DNA from: Myxococcales bacterium
GTDB taxonomy: Bacteria; Myxococcota; Myxococcia; Myxococcales; JAJYLH01
Direction: 5' to 3'
Length of the DNA: 64,000 bases
Assembly (NCBI GenBank): GCA_021787845.1
Contig: JAJYLH010000015.1
Coordinates: forward strand, 6,059 to 70,058
Shown: positions 10,149 through 21,902 of the stretch, piece after piece
Position numbering within the stretch: the stretch's first letter is position 1
Layout of the letters: every line of letters starts with the position of its first letter
Notes under the pieces: model-generated
Databases searched by the model: none
What the model was told of the DNA's origin: nothing
The model's input: only the letters and a program-made list of their open reading frames with translations
Position numbers and translations under genes: made by a program

Positions 10149-10435
10149 ACGACCGGCCCGCGGACCACGCAGGCTAATCGGCTCCGCTTCTACCGAGCGT
10201 GAGTGCGACCCCCCTCGCGCGGCACCCTGGGCTGCCCCGGCATCCCATCCCGAAAAATCGAACGATCGGCCGAGCGGTCGGCCAGCCACGACATCCTGCG
10301 GCGCAAGGGATTGCCTCAGCAGGCCAAGGCGCCTATCGCTTGGCGGCACCAATCGACGGGTCTGCCATGCGACCGGTGGGCGGCCGACGGCAGAATCTGC
10401 GGCTCGCGCAAAGTTCGCGCGAGAAAACACGCCGT

Positions 10436-10451
10436 CGGCGCACGAATTGCG
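10436..10451 (+). promoter_or_regulatory. Possible sigma54 -24/-12 promoter for the monooxygenase
   Basis: CGGCGCACGAATTGCG: GG at 10437-38 and TTGC ending 10450 with exact GG-N10-GC spacing, inside a 425-bp intergenic region. Confidence 0.3.
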
Positions 10452-10573
10452 GCGGCGCTCCGAATTCCGGCCGAAAAGGACGAATCCGACGTCGGTCCGA
10501 TCTGTGCATCGACACGAGAGCGACGGCCCTCGCTCCACGACGGCGCCGGACGAGAGCCAAGGAGGAGGCGTCC

Positions 10574-11845
10574 ATGTTCGGCAGGCACAAGTGCGAGACG
10601 CTGGTCGCTGGCGCGGGACCGGTCGGGCTCCTGACCGCCGTGCTCCTTCGTGAGCGCGGGGTCGAGGTCGAGGTCGTCGACCAGGAAACGGGAACCGCCG
10701 GGCACAGCTACGCGGCGCTGCTCCACCCGTACTCGCTGCACCTGCTCGACGACGCGGGGCTCGTCAACGACCTGATCGCCAAGGGCGTGCGCGTTCGCAC
10801 GATCGGCCTGTTCGATCGGGCGGGGGCGCACGCCCAGATGAGCTTCGACGGTCTGCCGGCCGAGTTCCCCTTCGGCCTGGTCGTTCCCCAGAGCGAGCTC
10901 GAACGGGTTCTCGAGCGCCGGATCGAGGAGCTGGGCCTGCGCGTGCGTTGGAGCCATCGGCTCGAAGCCTTCGAGATGAACGGCCAGGTCACCGCGCACG
11001 TCTCCCGCCTCGAGTCGGACACCCTCGGCTACATCGTCCAGCGCACCGGCCGCGTCGTCGCCGGCGAGCCGACCTTCGATGCCTCCTTCGTCGTCGGGGC
11101 GGACGGGCACCGCTCGCGGGTGCGTCGCGCCCTCGGCCTCGAGGTGGAGACCGCCGGACCGCAGGAGACCTACGCGGTCTTCGAGTTCGAGGCGACCGGC
11201 CTGCCCGCGGACGAGATGCGGGTCGTTCTCGGTGAGCGCACGCGCGACGTGCTGCTGCCGATGCCCGAGGGGCGGTACCGCTTCAGCTTCCAGCTCGAAG
11301 GCCGCGAGCTGTCGCTCGACGACCGGCGCAAGAGCCGCGACTGGTACGACCGGCCGGAGAGCGCCTTCGCCGATCCGACGGCCGAGCTGGCGAAGCTCGT
11401 GCACGAGCGCGCGCCCTGGTGCGAGGGGCGCCTCGGCAAGCTCCACTGGGCCGCTCTCGTCCCCTTCGGCCGCCGCCTGGCGAGCCGCTACGGCCAGGGA
11501 CGCGGCTGGCTCGCGGGCGACGCGGCGCACCTGACGGGACCGGTCGGCGTCCAGAGCATGAACGTCGGCCTCTCGGAAGCGCACGAGCTCGCCTGGCGGC
11601 TGTCGGGAATCCTCCGGCACCACGCCGACTCGGCGCAGCTTGCCGAGCTGGACCGCCGCCGCCGGGCGGAGTGGCGATTCCTCTTGGGCCTCGAGGGCGG
11701 GCTGGAGTCGGACGGCGCCGAGACCTGGGTCGCTGGGAACGCGCCGCGGTTGTTGACGTGCCTGCCGGCGACCGGCGTCGAGCTCGACCATCTCGTCGGC
11801 CAAATCGGCCTGAAGAGCCGCGGGAATCCGTCGGAGCTGCACTAG
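10574..11845 (+). CDS. FAD-dependent monooxygenase (UbiH/PheA-like aromatic hydroxylase)
   Basis: GGAGGAGG RBS. GAGPVG, VVGADGHRSRVR and LAGDAAH fingerprints. Confidence 0.88.
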   Translation: MFGRHKCETLVAGAGPVGLLTAVLLRERGVEVEVVDQETGTAGHSYAALLHPYSLHLLDDAGLVNDLIAKGVRVRTIGLFDRAGAHAQMSFDGLPAEFPFGLVVPQSELERVLERRIEELGLRVRWSHRLEAFEMNGQVTAHVSRLESDTLGYIVQRTGRVVAGEPTFDASFVVGADGHRSRVRRALGLEVETAGPQETYAVFEFEATGLPADEMRVVLGERTRDVLLPMPEGRYRFSFQLEGRELSLDDRRKSRDWYDRPESAFADPTAELAKLVHERAPWCEGRLGKLHWAALVPFGRRLASRYGQGRGWLAGDAAHLTGPVGVQSMNVGLSEAHELAWRLSGILRHHADSAQLAELDRRRRAEWRFLLGLEGGLESDGAETWVAGNAPRLLTCLPATGVELDHLVGQIGLKSRGNPSELH

Positions 11846-11866
11846 TGTAGCTGCACTAGTGTAGCT
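11835..11866. repeat. 14-bp tandem duplication of a near-palindrome containing CTAG
   Basis: AGCTGCACTAGTGT twice plus AGCT. Overlaps the monooxygenase stop codon. Confidence 0.8.
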
Positions 11867-11992
11867 CGTTGTAAGCCTCCTGGTTGTTCGTTTTGCGTTC
11901 GCCCTTCTCCGAAGCGGCCGCGCCCGCCGGACTGCTCATTTCAGGGTCGAGCGGGGTCGTGCAAAATGAAGGATTCTTGTGACGGGTTTTCC

Positions 11993-13369
11993 CTAATTCT
12001 GGTTTCGCCCGACGGCTTTCTGGGACTTCGGCCCGCCCGCCTTGGGAGCCGCGGCGGAGGGCGCGGCCGCGGTGCGCACGACGGCCACCCCCGGCGAGCC
12101 GTAACGGCCGTCGGGGTACGCGGCCCAGAGGTCGCCCAGGGCAGCGGCGGCGGTCTCGTACCGCTCCTCGGGCCGGTCGGCGGTCATCCGCTCGAACCAG
12201 TCGTCGATCTTCTCGCTCAGGCTCGGCGCCACCTTCGACGGGAGCGGCGAGCGCCGCCCGGGGATGTTCCCGGTCAGCGCTTCGTAGAAGAGGATGCCGA
12301 GGGCGTAGACGTCCGCCGCGGGACCGGCCGCGCCCTTCTGGAGCAGCTCCGGCGCGCGATACCCGACGGCGGCGGCGTCGACGAACGCCGGCCCTTCCCC
12401 CGAGCCGATCCGGTACAGCCGACCGAAACCGAAGTCGCCTAGCTTGGCGTTCCCCATCTCGTCGAAGAGGATGTTCTCCGCCTTCAGGTTGTGGTGGACG
12501 ACGCCCCGCTCGTGCGCGAAGGCGAGCCCCGCCAGGAGCTGCGCGAACGCCCGCATCACGTCCTCCGGCGGCAGTCCCACTCCCCGGAGGCCCTCCAGCC
12601 CGGCTCGAAGGTTCCCGCCCCCGCACAGCTCGAGGACCGCGAACGGCTGCGGCACCGTCAGGTCCAGGTCGTGGACGCCGACGATCGCCGGGTGCTTGAG
12701 CTTCGCCTGGCTCGACAGCTCCGTCTTCAGCCGCTGGACGAGCTCCTGCGGGTCCTGGTGGAACTTGCGGCTGGCCGCGTCGCGCAGCTCCTTGACCGCG
12801 ATGTCGGTCCCCAAGGTCGCGTGCCGGGCGCGGTAGACGACGCCGTGCGGGCCCTGGCCGATCGGTTCGCCCCGGACGTAGAAGAGCTCGTCCTCCGCCG
12901 GGGGCACCACGGAGAGGTCGCCCGCGAGGGCGGCGAAGGTCGGGGCGGGTCCGGGCATCGGCGTCAGGTCCTCGGGTGGTGGTGGCGGCCGCGCGGTGCT
13001 GACGAGCCCGGCGAGATTCTGCCGCTCCTCTTCCTCGCTCTGAATCTCGACCACGCCGTTCTTGAGCTTGTCGGCGAAGAACTCGTCCAACTCGCCGAGC
13101 AGATGCGCTGCCGGATCCCCTTGCGCGGCGAGGTCGCCTTCCGGGGTCAGCGCCAGGGTGTGCTGGTCGCGGTCGAGCGTGACGTATCCGAACTTGCGCA
13201 AGAACTTCAGGTAGTCGGAGAACTCGAGGGTCACCGAGCTCGCGATGAAGCCGCGCACGTCGAGCATGTGCGTCGACCGGCCCTCGCGCTGACTCTCTCG
13301 CAAGTACTGGAGGATGAAGACCGCGTCCTGCCCGAGGTCGTCGCGGGTCACCAGAATCTCGGCCGGCAT
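11993..13369 (-). CDS. Cytoplasmic Hanks-type Ser/Thr kinase-fold protein, probable pseudokinase, with N-terminal winged-helix-like domain
   Basis: GQGPHGVVY, AVK, DFG, APE and DVYALG present. Catalytic loop reads HHNLKAEN instead of HRDLKPEN. No TM segment. Confidence 0.85.
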   Translation of the reverse strand: MPAEILVTRDDLGQDAVFILQYLRESQREGRSTHMLDVRGFIASSVTLEFSDYLKFLRKFGYVTLDRDQHTLALTPEGDLAAQGDPAAHLLGELDEFFADKLKNGVVEIQSEEEERQNLAGLVSTARPPPPPEDLTPMPGPAPTFAALAGDLSVVPPAEDELFYVRGEPIGQGPHGVVYRARHATLGTDIAVKELRDAASRKFHQDPQELVQRLKTELSSQAKLKHPAIVGVHDLDLTVPQPFAVLELCGGGNLRAGLEGLRGVGLPPEDVMRAFAQLLAGLAFAHERGVVHHNLKAENILFDEMGNAKLGDFGFGRLYRIGSGEGPAFVDAAAVGYRAPELLQKGAAGPAADVYALGILFYEALTGNIPGRRSPLPSKVAPSLSEKIDDWFERMTADRPEERYETAAAALGDLWAAYPDGRYGSPGVAVVRTAAAPSAAAPKAGGPKSQKAVGRNQN

Positions 13370-13410
13370 CGACGTAACGCTCCCTAAAAACCCTTGAAAA
13401 AAGCCGACGC

Positions 13411-13440
13411 ACTCTACGCGGGCGAGCGGCCGACGGTCAA
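13411..13440 (-). promoter_or_regulatory. Sigma70-like promoter of the kinase gene
   Basis: TTGACC-N18-TAGAGT about 40 nt upstream of the ATG. Confidence 0.4.
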
Positions 13441-13557
13441 TTCCCGGGCGGCGAGCCCCCGCGGCTCGTTGCGCGCGCCGGAGCCTCGGTTTCTCGCGGG
13501 TCGGCGACCGGACGCCTTCTCGAAGCGCAATCCCGCGACCGGGTGAGCCGCGTCAAG

Positions 13558-14009
<452 letters not shown>

Positions 14010-14013
<4 letters not shown>

Positions 14014-17000
14014 CGTCTTCTCCGCTTGAAGGCGAACGCGAGAGCGCCCGCGAGGAGGCCGAACAAGGAGGTGGGGTCGCCGGCGCAGCCGCAGCCCCGG
14101 CTGGCGGCGCCGAGCTGAGCGGCTCCGGTGGAGCCGTCCGTCGGCTCAGCGTAGGCGGTGACGGTCGCCGTGTCGGTCGCGCAGGCACCCAGGCTGTCGC
14201 AGGCCTGGAGCTGGACGACGATCGGCGCGTTCTTCGCGGTCGGGCCGGAGACGTCGAGCTTGGTTGTCGCCTGGCCGGTCGATTCCAGCTTTGCTCCCGC
14301 ACCGGAGACGATGCTCCACGCGTACGAGAGCGGGTCGCCGTCGGGATCGTACGAGCGGGAGCCGTCGAGGACGAAGGGGACGCGCGCGGGTCCGGTTCGA
14401 TCGCCACCCGCGTCGGCGACCGGCGGACGGTTAGCGGGAGCGCCGCTGGTGATCGTGACCCGGGTGTCCGCGGTCGCGCAGGCCGAGCGGTCGTCGCAGA
14501 CGGTCAGCTCGAACGCGAGGACGCCGGGCGTCGCATCGGCGGGGACGACGAACCGGGCGCGCGGCGAATCGGGCGCGACGAGGCTCATCGTGGCGCCGGA
14601 CTTCTGGGTCCAGGAGAAGGTGAGCAGGTCGCCGTCCGGGTCGTAGGAGCCGCTCCCATCGAGCACCACGGTCTGGCGCCGGGCGGCCGACTGATCGGCG
14701 CCGACGACCACCACCGGCGGGACGTTGACGGTGTTCTTGACGAGGCCGTTCAGGGTCGTCGCGGCGCAGTGGTTCGCGGTATCGCAGACGCTCGCTTCCA
14801 GGGTGAACGCGGCGCTCAAATCGACGAGCGGCGCGTGGAAGGTGAAGCCCGAGGAGCCGACGCGGGAAATCGCCGGTCCGGAGACGACCCGCACCTCGCC
14901 GCCGTCGGCGCAGGGCGCGGCGGGGCAGGCGACCTTCAAGGCGACTGTGAAATCGGCGTCGTCGTCGACCACGTTGTCCGGGTGTCCTTCGATGCTGGCG
15001 GCGATGGTGGGGGCAGTGGGTCCGGCCGGGAACACATCGACCAGGGTGGAGTCGGTCGAGCAGGCGCCCTCGGGGTCGCAGACCCGGAGAGTGAAGGTGA
15101 GCTTCTCTTCAGCGGTGACGAAGGGCAGGTGCGCGGGCGTCCAAAGCGAGCTCGGACGCTCGATGGTGGCCCCGCTGCCAGCGGCTGCGCTCCAGGTAGC
15201 CATGAGCGCTCCTCCTTCCGGGTCGAGACTGCCCGTCCCGTCGAGGATGATGTTCGTGCCGCCCATCGCCTGCTGGTCGGGTCCGGCGTCGGCGATGGGA
15301 GGGAGATTCCCGTGGCTGACGACGTTGACCGTGGTACTGGCGTCGGCACAGTCTTGCCCGGCGCAGACGGTGAGGGTGAAGCCGAGCTGCGCGTCGTTGG
15401 CGGGCGCGTAGAACGTCGCGATGGCCGCGTCTGCTCCGGCGAGGGTGATGCCGGCGGGCGCCTTCCAGGAGAAGGTCAGCGGCCTGCTGGCGGGGTCATG
15501 GGAACCGCTGCCGTCGAGCTGCACCCGTGCTCCCCAGCCGACGGTCTGCTCCGGGCCGGCGTCGGCGATGGGCTCGACGGGACCGCTGACGGTGACCTTC
15601 ACGCTGTCGCTCGCCGTCTGGCCATCGTTCCCGGTGACCGTCAAGGTGAACTCGAGGTCGCCAGCGGTGATGGGCGCGGTGAACGTCGTCCTCGCCTGAT
15701 GAGCGTTGGCAAGCTGGACGGTAGCGCCGCCGGTCTGTTTCCAGGCGTAGCCGGCGATGGGGCCGGTGGAAGCGCTGCCGTCGAGGGTGACCAAGGCGCC
15801 GGGCGAAACGCTCTGATCGGGCCCCGCGTTCGCGACGACGGCCGCGAGAGGGGCGACGACGACGGTCGCGCTGGCCGTCGCGCAGGCCTCCGGATCGCAG
15901 GCGGTGACGGTGAAGCTGAGCTTCATGTTCGCGGCCGCCGGCGGGACGGTGAAGGTCGCGTCCGCCGGTCCGGACGGCTGGAGGTTCAAGCCGAGCTGCG
16001 GCTGGTTGTCCGTCCAGCTCACCCTCACCTGCTCGCCGTCCGGGTCGCTGGCGATCGCCGAGAGCGCCACCTGGTCGCCGACGTTGGCGTTTTGCAGCGG
16101 GTGGACGACCTCGACGGTCGGCGGCGGGTTGATGGGGGGAGGCCCGGTGGAGACGACGACGTTCATCGCCGCTTCCGAGCACGCGTTCTGCAGGTCGCAG
16201 ACGCGGACGGCAAAGCGATAGGAAGTGCCGGCGGATCCGGCCGTGAAGCTCGCGACGGCGTCGGTCGGGGTCGTGATTTGCACGGGCGGGCCGGAGACCT
16301 CGCGCCAGGCGAACGACGCGATGGTGCCGTCGGGATCGTACGAATCGCTCGCATCGAGGGTGACGTTCGTGAACGGCGGCACGACCAGGTCGCCCTTGGT
16401 CATCGCGACCGGCGGCGAGCTCTGGCCGGGCAGGGAGACGACGACGGTCAGCTCGATGCTGCCGCAGAAATTGTCCGGGTCGCAGACGGTGAGCTGGAAG
16501 ACCAGGTTGCCCGGCTTGTCTGGCGCCGTCGCAATGAAGACGGGACCGGTGCTGGTGCCCTGGACCGCCGCCGGCGTGCCGGAGAGCTGCTTCCAGGCGT
16601 AGGTGAGCGTGTCGCCGTCGGGATCGAACGAAGCGGTGCCGTCGAGGAAAATCGGCTGCCCGGTCTCGACCGCGGTCCCTTTCGCGACCGCGACCGGCGT
16701 CTGGTTGCCGGTGGTGCCGGGGCCGGAGTCGATGATGGCGTCGGCGGTGGCGCAGGCGCCGGCGCTGTCGCAAACGGTCACCCGGGCAGCAGCCTTGGTG
16801 CCCGACGGCGGCGCAGCCGCCCAGCTCACGGTGGTCGCGGCTGCCGTTGGCGAGCCGAAGGCGAGGCCGGCGCCGTTCGGGTCGCTCCACGCGTAGGTAA
16901 GCGGCAGCCCTTGCGGATCCGTGGCGGTGGCGAGGAGCTTTCCGACCTGGCCCGGAGGCAGGATCATCGAAGGCGGGGTCACGGTGACGACCGGCGAATT

Positions 17001-19232
17001 TCCCAGGCAGCTCACGGTAAACGTCGCCTGGTTCGAGGTCAGGCTCTGCGGCGCAAGGACGACGAGCTGTTCCCACCCGGAAAAACTCGGAAGGCTCGGG
17101 CCGCCGAGGCTCCACGATTCGGTGACGGTCTGCGTGCCCGACGCGGCGAAGGTGAGCGTCTCTTTGCCGCTCGTCGCGCCGTCGCTGCGCTGCCAGGCGT
17201 AGGTGACGGTGCCAGACCCGGTGGCGGTGATGGTGCCGGTGAACCGAACGGTCGTCGGGCACGGCCCGCTGTAGCGCTGCGGCTGGGCGGAAGCGGTGAC
17301 GCTCGTCACCTGGAACGCGGGCGGCGACACAAAGCCGTCGTCGAAGCCGAGCAGCGCGCCGTAGTCGCCGTAGGCGACGGGCGCGGGATGGGTCAGGCCG
17401 CTGGCATCCATCACCGTGCGCGCGGCGAGGCCGTTGAGGCTGACGCCCGCGTCGAACACGCTCGACTCGCTGCCGTCGGGAAGGATCTCGGAGACGTGGT
17501 TGTCGGCGAAGAGGGCGAACAGACGGGTGCCGACGGCAGCGAGCGACCGGACCGGGTGGCTCGTCAACGCAGTGAACCTGGTTCCGTCGGGCCGAAGGAA
17601 CTCGATCCCGCCTCCAGCCCCATTGCTGGAGATCCCACCCGCAACGATGGTGCCATCCGCGAGAAACGCGACGCTGCCGAACCGCAGTCCGAAGGCAGAG
17701 AAGCGCAGGGTCCACGGGCCGCTCGTCCAGATGGCGCTGTCCGCGACCGCCGCCGCCTGGTCCTCGGGCCCGGTCGCGACCGACGCGAAGGGGACCGACT
17801 GCGGTGGGACAACGGTCTGCCAATTCCCACCACCATCGGTGGTTTCCAGAATGCCGTTGCCCGCCGCATAGCCGGTGGTCGTCGAGGAAAACGCGATGGC
17901 GGTCGGGTTGTTGGAGAGCGTGATCGGCATGTTCCAGTTCGCGCCGCCGTCGTGCGTGGCCCAGAGCCAGCCGCCCTGGAGGAGCCCGAAGCCGTTCTTC
18001 GCGTCGAGCCAGTCGACCTCGAGAATCGGCATCGGCGAGGACTGGAGCGGCGTGATGGTGTTCAGGCCGTCGGTCGTGACGTCGCCGACGTAGGAGGAGC
18101 CGGCCTCGGAGGCGAGACATCCGAACTGCCCGTCCGCGGTGGGGAACGACGCCGACGTGTACGACTCGGTGTCGCCTCCGTTGACAATGGTCGCATGGCC
18201 TTGGCCGTAGAGCGCCTTGTAGATGCTGCCGCCCTGCCCGACCGCGAACGCGAGGCCCCGGGTGGCGGTGGCGACCGACAACACCCGCGGGTCGGTCTGC
18301 GCGAGCTGCTGCTCGACTTTCTGATCGCCAGCGCGCATGTCCCACAGCCCGTCGTCGGCGGCGAACCACAGCTCGGGCGCATCATTTGGGTTACCCAGCG
18401 CGAGGGAGACGGCGTTGACGGGTCCGATGGGCAGGTCGTTGTCGGTCCAACTCGCCGGCGGTCCATCGCTGGGCCGAAGCATCGAGACGCGAGCGCTGAT
18501 CGAACCAGCCGCGACGACCGTTTGCCCGACCCCGGTGACCGCGCGGTACTCGCCGCCGAACGCCGTGTGGACGACGTTGAAGCTCGTGCCGCCGTCGGTG
18601 GTCTCGACGATGGCGCCCTGGGCGAGAGGGCTGCCGCTGTTCGCGCTCCCGACGACCCAGCCCATCTTCGGGTTCGCGAACCAGAGTGCGGTCGGCGTGA
18701 GTGCGGTCAGGGTCCCGGCCGGCTCGAGCGTCTGGAATCCGTCGCTCGTGGTGAAGAAGGAGCCATCGGCGGCGACCAGGACGCCGTCTTGCGCGTCGAT
18801 GGCCTGGAGGCCGACGAAATCCGGTGGCGTTGGGTCGAGCGGCGATAGAACCGGGCTGAACGTGGAGCCGCCGTCGGTCGAGCGGATCAAGGTGCCGTTC
18901 TTGCCGCAGGCGACGACGAGCTGCCCGTAGGCGCTGACGGCGAGGAGGTCGCCGGTGCCGCTGGGCGTCGGGCGCGCTTCCCAGGTGCCGCCGCCGTCGT
19001 TCGTACGTAGGACGGTACCGCCGTCGCCCACCGCGTAGCCGTGGCCGGTTTCGGGGAAAGTGACGTCGTTCAGGGTCGCGGCGCCGAGCGGCGGATGAAT
19101 CCACCGCCAGGTCCCGGTGTTCACCTGGATGGGCGGAATCGGCCCCGGGGTCGGCGGCGAGGCGGCCTGAGCGGCGAGCGCCAGCCCGAGAGCGAGAATG
19201 GCGGATAACCGCCGGAAAAGGCGCGGCGACAT
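14010..19232 (-). CDS. Large surface protein: YCF48/BNR-type propeller region, tandem PKD/Ig-like domains and MYXO-CTERM-like tail
   Basis: Signal peptide from ATG 19232. TxDGGxxW/F Asp-box repeats. PxADAGxDQ...LDGSxSxDPDGDxLTYxW repeats. C-terminus [28 protein letters not shown]. Confidence 0.85.
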
Positions 19233-19321
19233 GGCCGGCGATGGTACCACCGGGGGCGGACACGAGCGCGGGTGCCCGATTCCCTGGCCGCATCGTGGGC
19301 CATACGAGACGCGCCGCACCG

Positions 19322-19366
19322 CGGACCAGACCGATCCGTCGGATCCGACCGATCGGTCTGACCGGT
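19322..19366. repeat. GATC 9-bp-period palindromic array 1
   Basis: GATC at 19333, 19342 and 19351. 34-bp palindrome 19327-19360 with one mismatched pair. Confidence 0.9.
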
Positions 19367-19466
19367 GCCGGCGCCGCCCTACCGGACCTCCCCGGCCGCA
19401 CGTGCGCGCAGGCGCGCCGCACTGCCTGGATGGAGTGCAGCTTCCCCGCTTGATCACGCGCCGCCG

Positions 19467-20043
19467 ATGCGCCTGACGTTCCCCGCAACCGGCCACCGAC
19501 AGCGTTCCCCCCCTAAGCGACGGACGCTGAGCTTGAACGGGCGCTGGCAGCAACGACACGCGCTCGACGACGAGAAGTCGTCACGCCGGTCTTCGCCCGC
19601 GCCGGAGGAGCGACTGGGCATCGCCGCGACGCGAGGCATCTTCCGCTTCGGCATCACGCCCTACTGCGCCGCTCTCATGGACCAGGGGCACTTCTGGTGT
19701 CCGATTCGGTGCCAGGCGATACCGCTCCCGCAGGAGGCGACCGCTCGCGCCGAGGAGCTGCTCGATCCGGACGGCGAGGACCGGCATCGCCCCCTCCGGC
19801 CAACGTCCACCGCGATCCTCACCGGGTGCTGCTCCTCGCGTTCGACCGCGGCAGCGTCTATTGCCGCCACTGCACCCTCCGGCGGCTGATGGGCCACGGC
19901 GCCGCCGATTTCGATCGCGAGGCGCTGGACGAAGCGGTCGCGTGCGCGCGCGCACCCGCGGGTCCGCGCGGTGCTCGTGTCGGGAGGGAATCCGCTCCTG
20001 CTCTCCACCGAGCGGCTGGCGCGGCCGCTCGACGATCGGCGCT
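19467..20043 (+). pseudogene. Frameshifted, truncated duplicate of the 5' half of the kamA-like gene at 23763
   Basis: Long near-identical DNA blocks (e.g. GGCATCTTCCGCTTCGGCATCACGCCCTAC, CTGCTCTCCACCGAGCGGCTGGCGCGG). KamA peptides are split across several frames. Confidence 0.9.
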
Positions 20044-20064
20044 TGCTGCTAGTCTTTCGCGGCT

Positions 20065-21603
20065 GTGAGCGACCGGCTGGCGCGCAACGCGTTCTACCTC
20101 ACCCTTTCGAGCATCGGCCAACGAGTCGTCTCGTTCGTCTACTTCCTGCTCTTGGCGCGCGTGCTGCAACCCGAGCGGATCGGCCGCTACTGGATTGCGC
20201 TCGCGCTGGTCGGCGCCTTCCACTTCGTCGCGGACCTCGGCACGCCGTCGTTCATCGTTCGCGAGATCGCGAAGGACCCTGCGCAAGCGCTGCCGCTGGC
20301 CCGCCGGACGCTCGCGCTCAAGCTGCCGGCGACCCTCGTCGCGCTGGCTGCCGCGAACGCCGCCGCCTGGCTGCTCGGATACGAGGCGGCCGCGCGCTGG
20401 CTCGTGCTGCTCGCCGGGATCGCGCTCTTCATCGATTCCCTCAACGCGCTTTTCTACGCCGTCTTGCGCGGCTTGCACCTGCTCGTCCACCAGAGCATCG
20501 GCGCATTCACCGGCCAACTGCTGGTGCTCACGGCCGGCGGCCTGGTGCTCGCTTTCCACCCGTCGCTGACGCTGCTCGTGCTGGTGCTCCCGCTGGGCAG
20601 CCTCGTCAACCTGGCGATTTCCGCTGGCCAGGTCGGGCGCCGGCTCGGATGGAAAGCGCTCGTGCCGTCGTGGACCCTCAGCGGCCTCGTTCAGATCTTC
20701 GCCCTGTCGCTGCCGTTCTTCCTCGGAATCACCTTCTCCGGCGTGTCGGAGACGCTCGACGTGCAGCTCATCAAGATCTTCTGGGGCAATGCCGTCGTCG
20801 GCGTCTTCAGTGTCGCCACGCGTTTCACCTTCGCCTTCCAATTCCTGCCGCTCTCGTTCACGACGGCGCTGGTGCCGGGCATGAGCGCGCTCGTCGGACG
20901 CCGCGACCAGGCCGGCCTCGCGACCCTGTTCGAGAACGCGGTGCGGTACCTGCTCCTGTTGGCCGTTCCGTTGGCGCTCGGCATCGGCTTGGTCGCGCCG
21001 GACGCCGTGCGTCTGGTCGGCGCTTCCTACGACGCCGCGGTGCCCGTGCTCTCGCTCCTGCCGCTGGTGCTGATTCCGATTTTCCTCTCGTTCGCGACGG
21101 GAGCGCTCCTGAACGCGACCGGCCGCCAGTACACGCAGACCGCGCTCGTCGGCGTGACGCTCCTCGCGAGCCTGCTCCTGGAGCTCTGGCTCGTGCCGGC
21201 GAAGGGGATGACCGGCGCCGCGATCGGGTCCATCGTCTCGATGTCGCTGCTCGCGTTCGGCGGCTTTCTCTTCGTGCCGCACGTGATTCCGGACTACCGG
21301 CTGCGGCGAGTTGCCAGGCTCGCGCTGCCGATCGTCGCTTCGGGGCTGGCGATGCTCCTGGCGGGCCACGGACTGCGGTCGGCGCTCGCGCGAACCTCGT
21401 CGTCACCGGTGCTGCGGGTGGCAGTGGTCGTCGCCGGTTCGGCCTTGGCGTACGCGGCGGTGCTTCTGGTCACGCGAGGGCTCCACGCCGACGACTTGCG
21501 GATGCTGCTTCGGCTCGCCCGCGGAGGCTCGCGCGGCCGCGAGCCCACCGACGCGATTTCCACGCCCAGGGGCGACGCGGATATCGCCTTGGAGAACCGA
21601 TGA
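20065..21603 (+). CDS. Wzx/MATE-like oligosaccharide flippase
   Basis: LARNAFYLTL, ADLGTPSFIVREIA, AVVGVFSVA and many TM segments. Confidence 0.88.
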   Translation: MSDRLARNAFYLTLSSIGQRVVSFVYFLLLARVLQPERIGRYWIALALVGAFHFVADLGTPSFIVREIAKDPAQALPLARRTLALKLPATLVALAAANAAAWLLGYEAAARWLVLLAGIALFIDSLNALFYAVLRGLHLLVHQSIGAFTGQLLVLTAGGLVLAFHPSLTLLVLVLPLGSLVNLAISAGQVGRRLGWKALVPSWTLSGLVQIFALSLPFFLGITFSGVSETLDVQLIKIFWGNAVVGVFSVATRFTFAFQFLPLSFTTALVPGMSALVGRRDQAGLATLFENAVRYLLLLAVPLALGIGLVAPDAVRLVGASYDAAVPVLSLLPLVLIPIFLSFATGALLNATGRQYTQTALVGVTLLASLLLELWLVPAKGMTGAAIGSIVSMSLLAFGGFLFVPHVIPDYRLRRVARLALPIVASGLAMLLAGHGLRSALARTSSSPVLRVAVVVAGSALAYAAVLLVTRGLHADDLRMLLRLARGGSRGREPTDAISTPRGDADIALENR

Positions 21604-21806
21604 AGCCGGGCGCGGTTGCCATCCCGTTTGGCCGCCATCTGCCGGTCGTCTTGGCGTCTTGCGCGGCGCGGCGCCTTCCCGGTCGGCGTCGGTCAGCACC
21701 GCGAGCAGCGCTTCCGCGAGCAGCCGAGCGCAACGACTTCCGCGCCGTGGTCGACGCCTACCTCGACCTCTTCGGAGCGCGCCAGGCAAAAGAGGCGATT
21801 TCGTAG
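21600..21806 (+). pseudogene. Short ORF, probable remnant of a GT4 glycosyltransferase
   Basis: GGAG RBS and ATGA overlap with the flippase stop. The 68-aa product ends NDFRAVVDAYLDLF, resembling the GT-B/GT4 C-terminal helix. Confidence 0.4.
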
Positions 21807-21902
21807 CTCCTTGTCGGTCTATCGATATCTGCTCAGACTCCACGGTTTCGGTCGGTGCGTGAACCGGAGAGGCATGGGTCTTTCTTGCCGCTCGCGTGTC
21901 GG

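Noticed and set aside
10484-10503. Ninth GATC array (ATCCGACGTCGGTCCGATC)
   Set aside because: Only one true GATC and the 9-bp phase is broken.
11856-11939. 27-aa minus-strand ORF ending NELH, mirroring the monooxygenase SELH end
   Set aside because: The mirror follows from the palindromic duplication. No RBS or coding signal.
14769-18848. 1359-aa plus-strand ORF
   Set aside because: Antisense shadow of the surface-protein gene; Arg/Gly-rich and without motifs.
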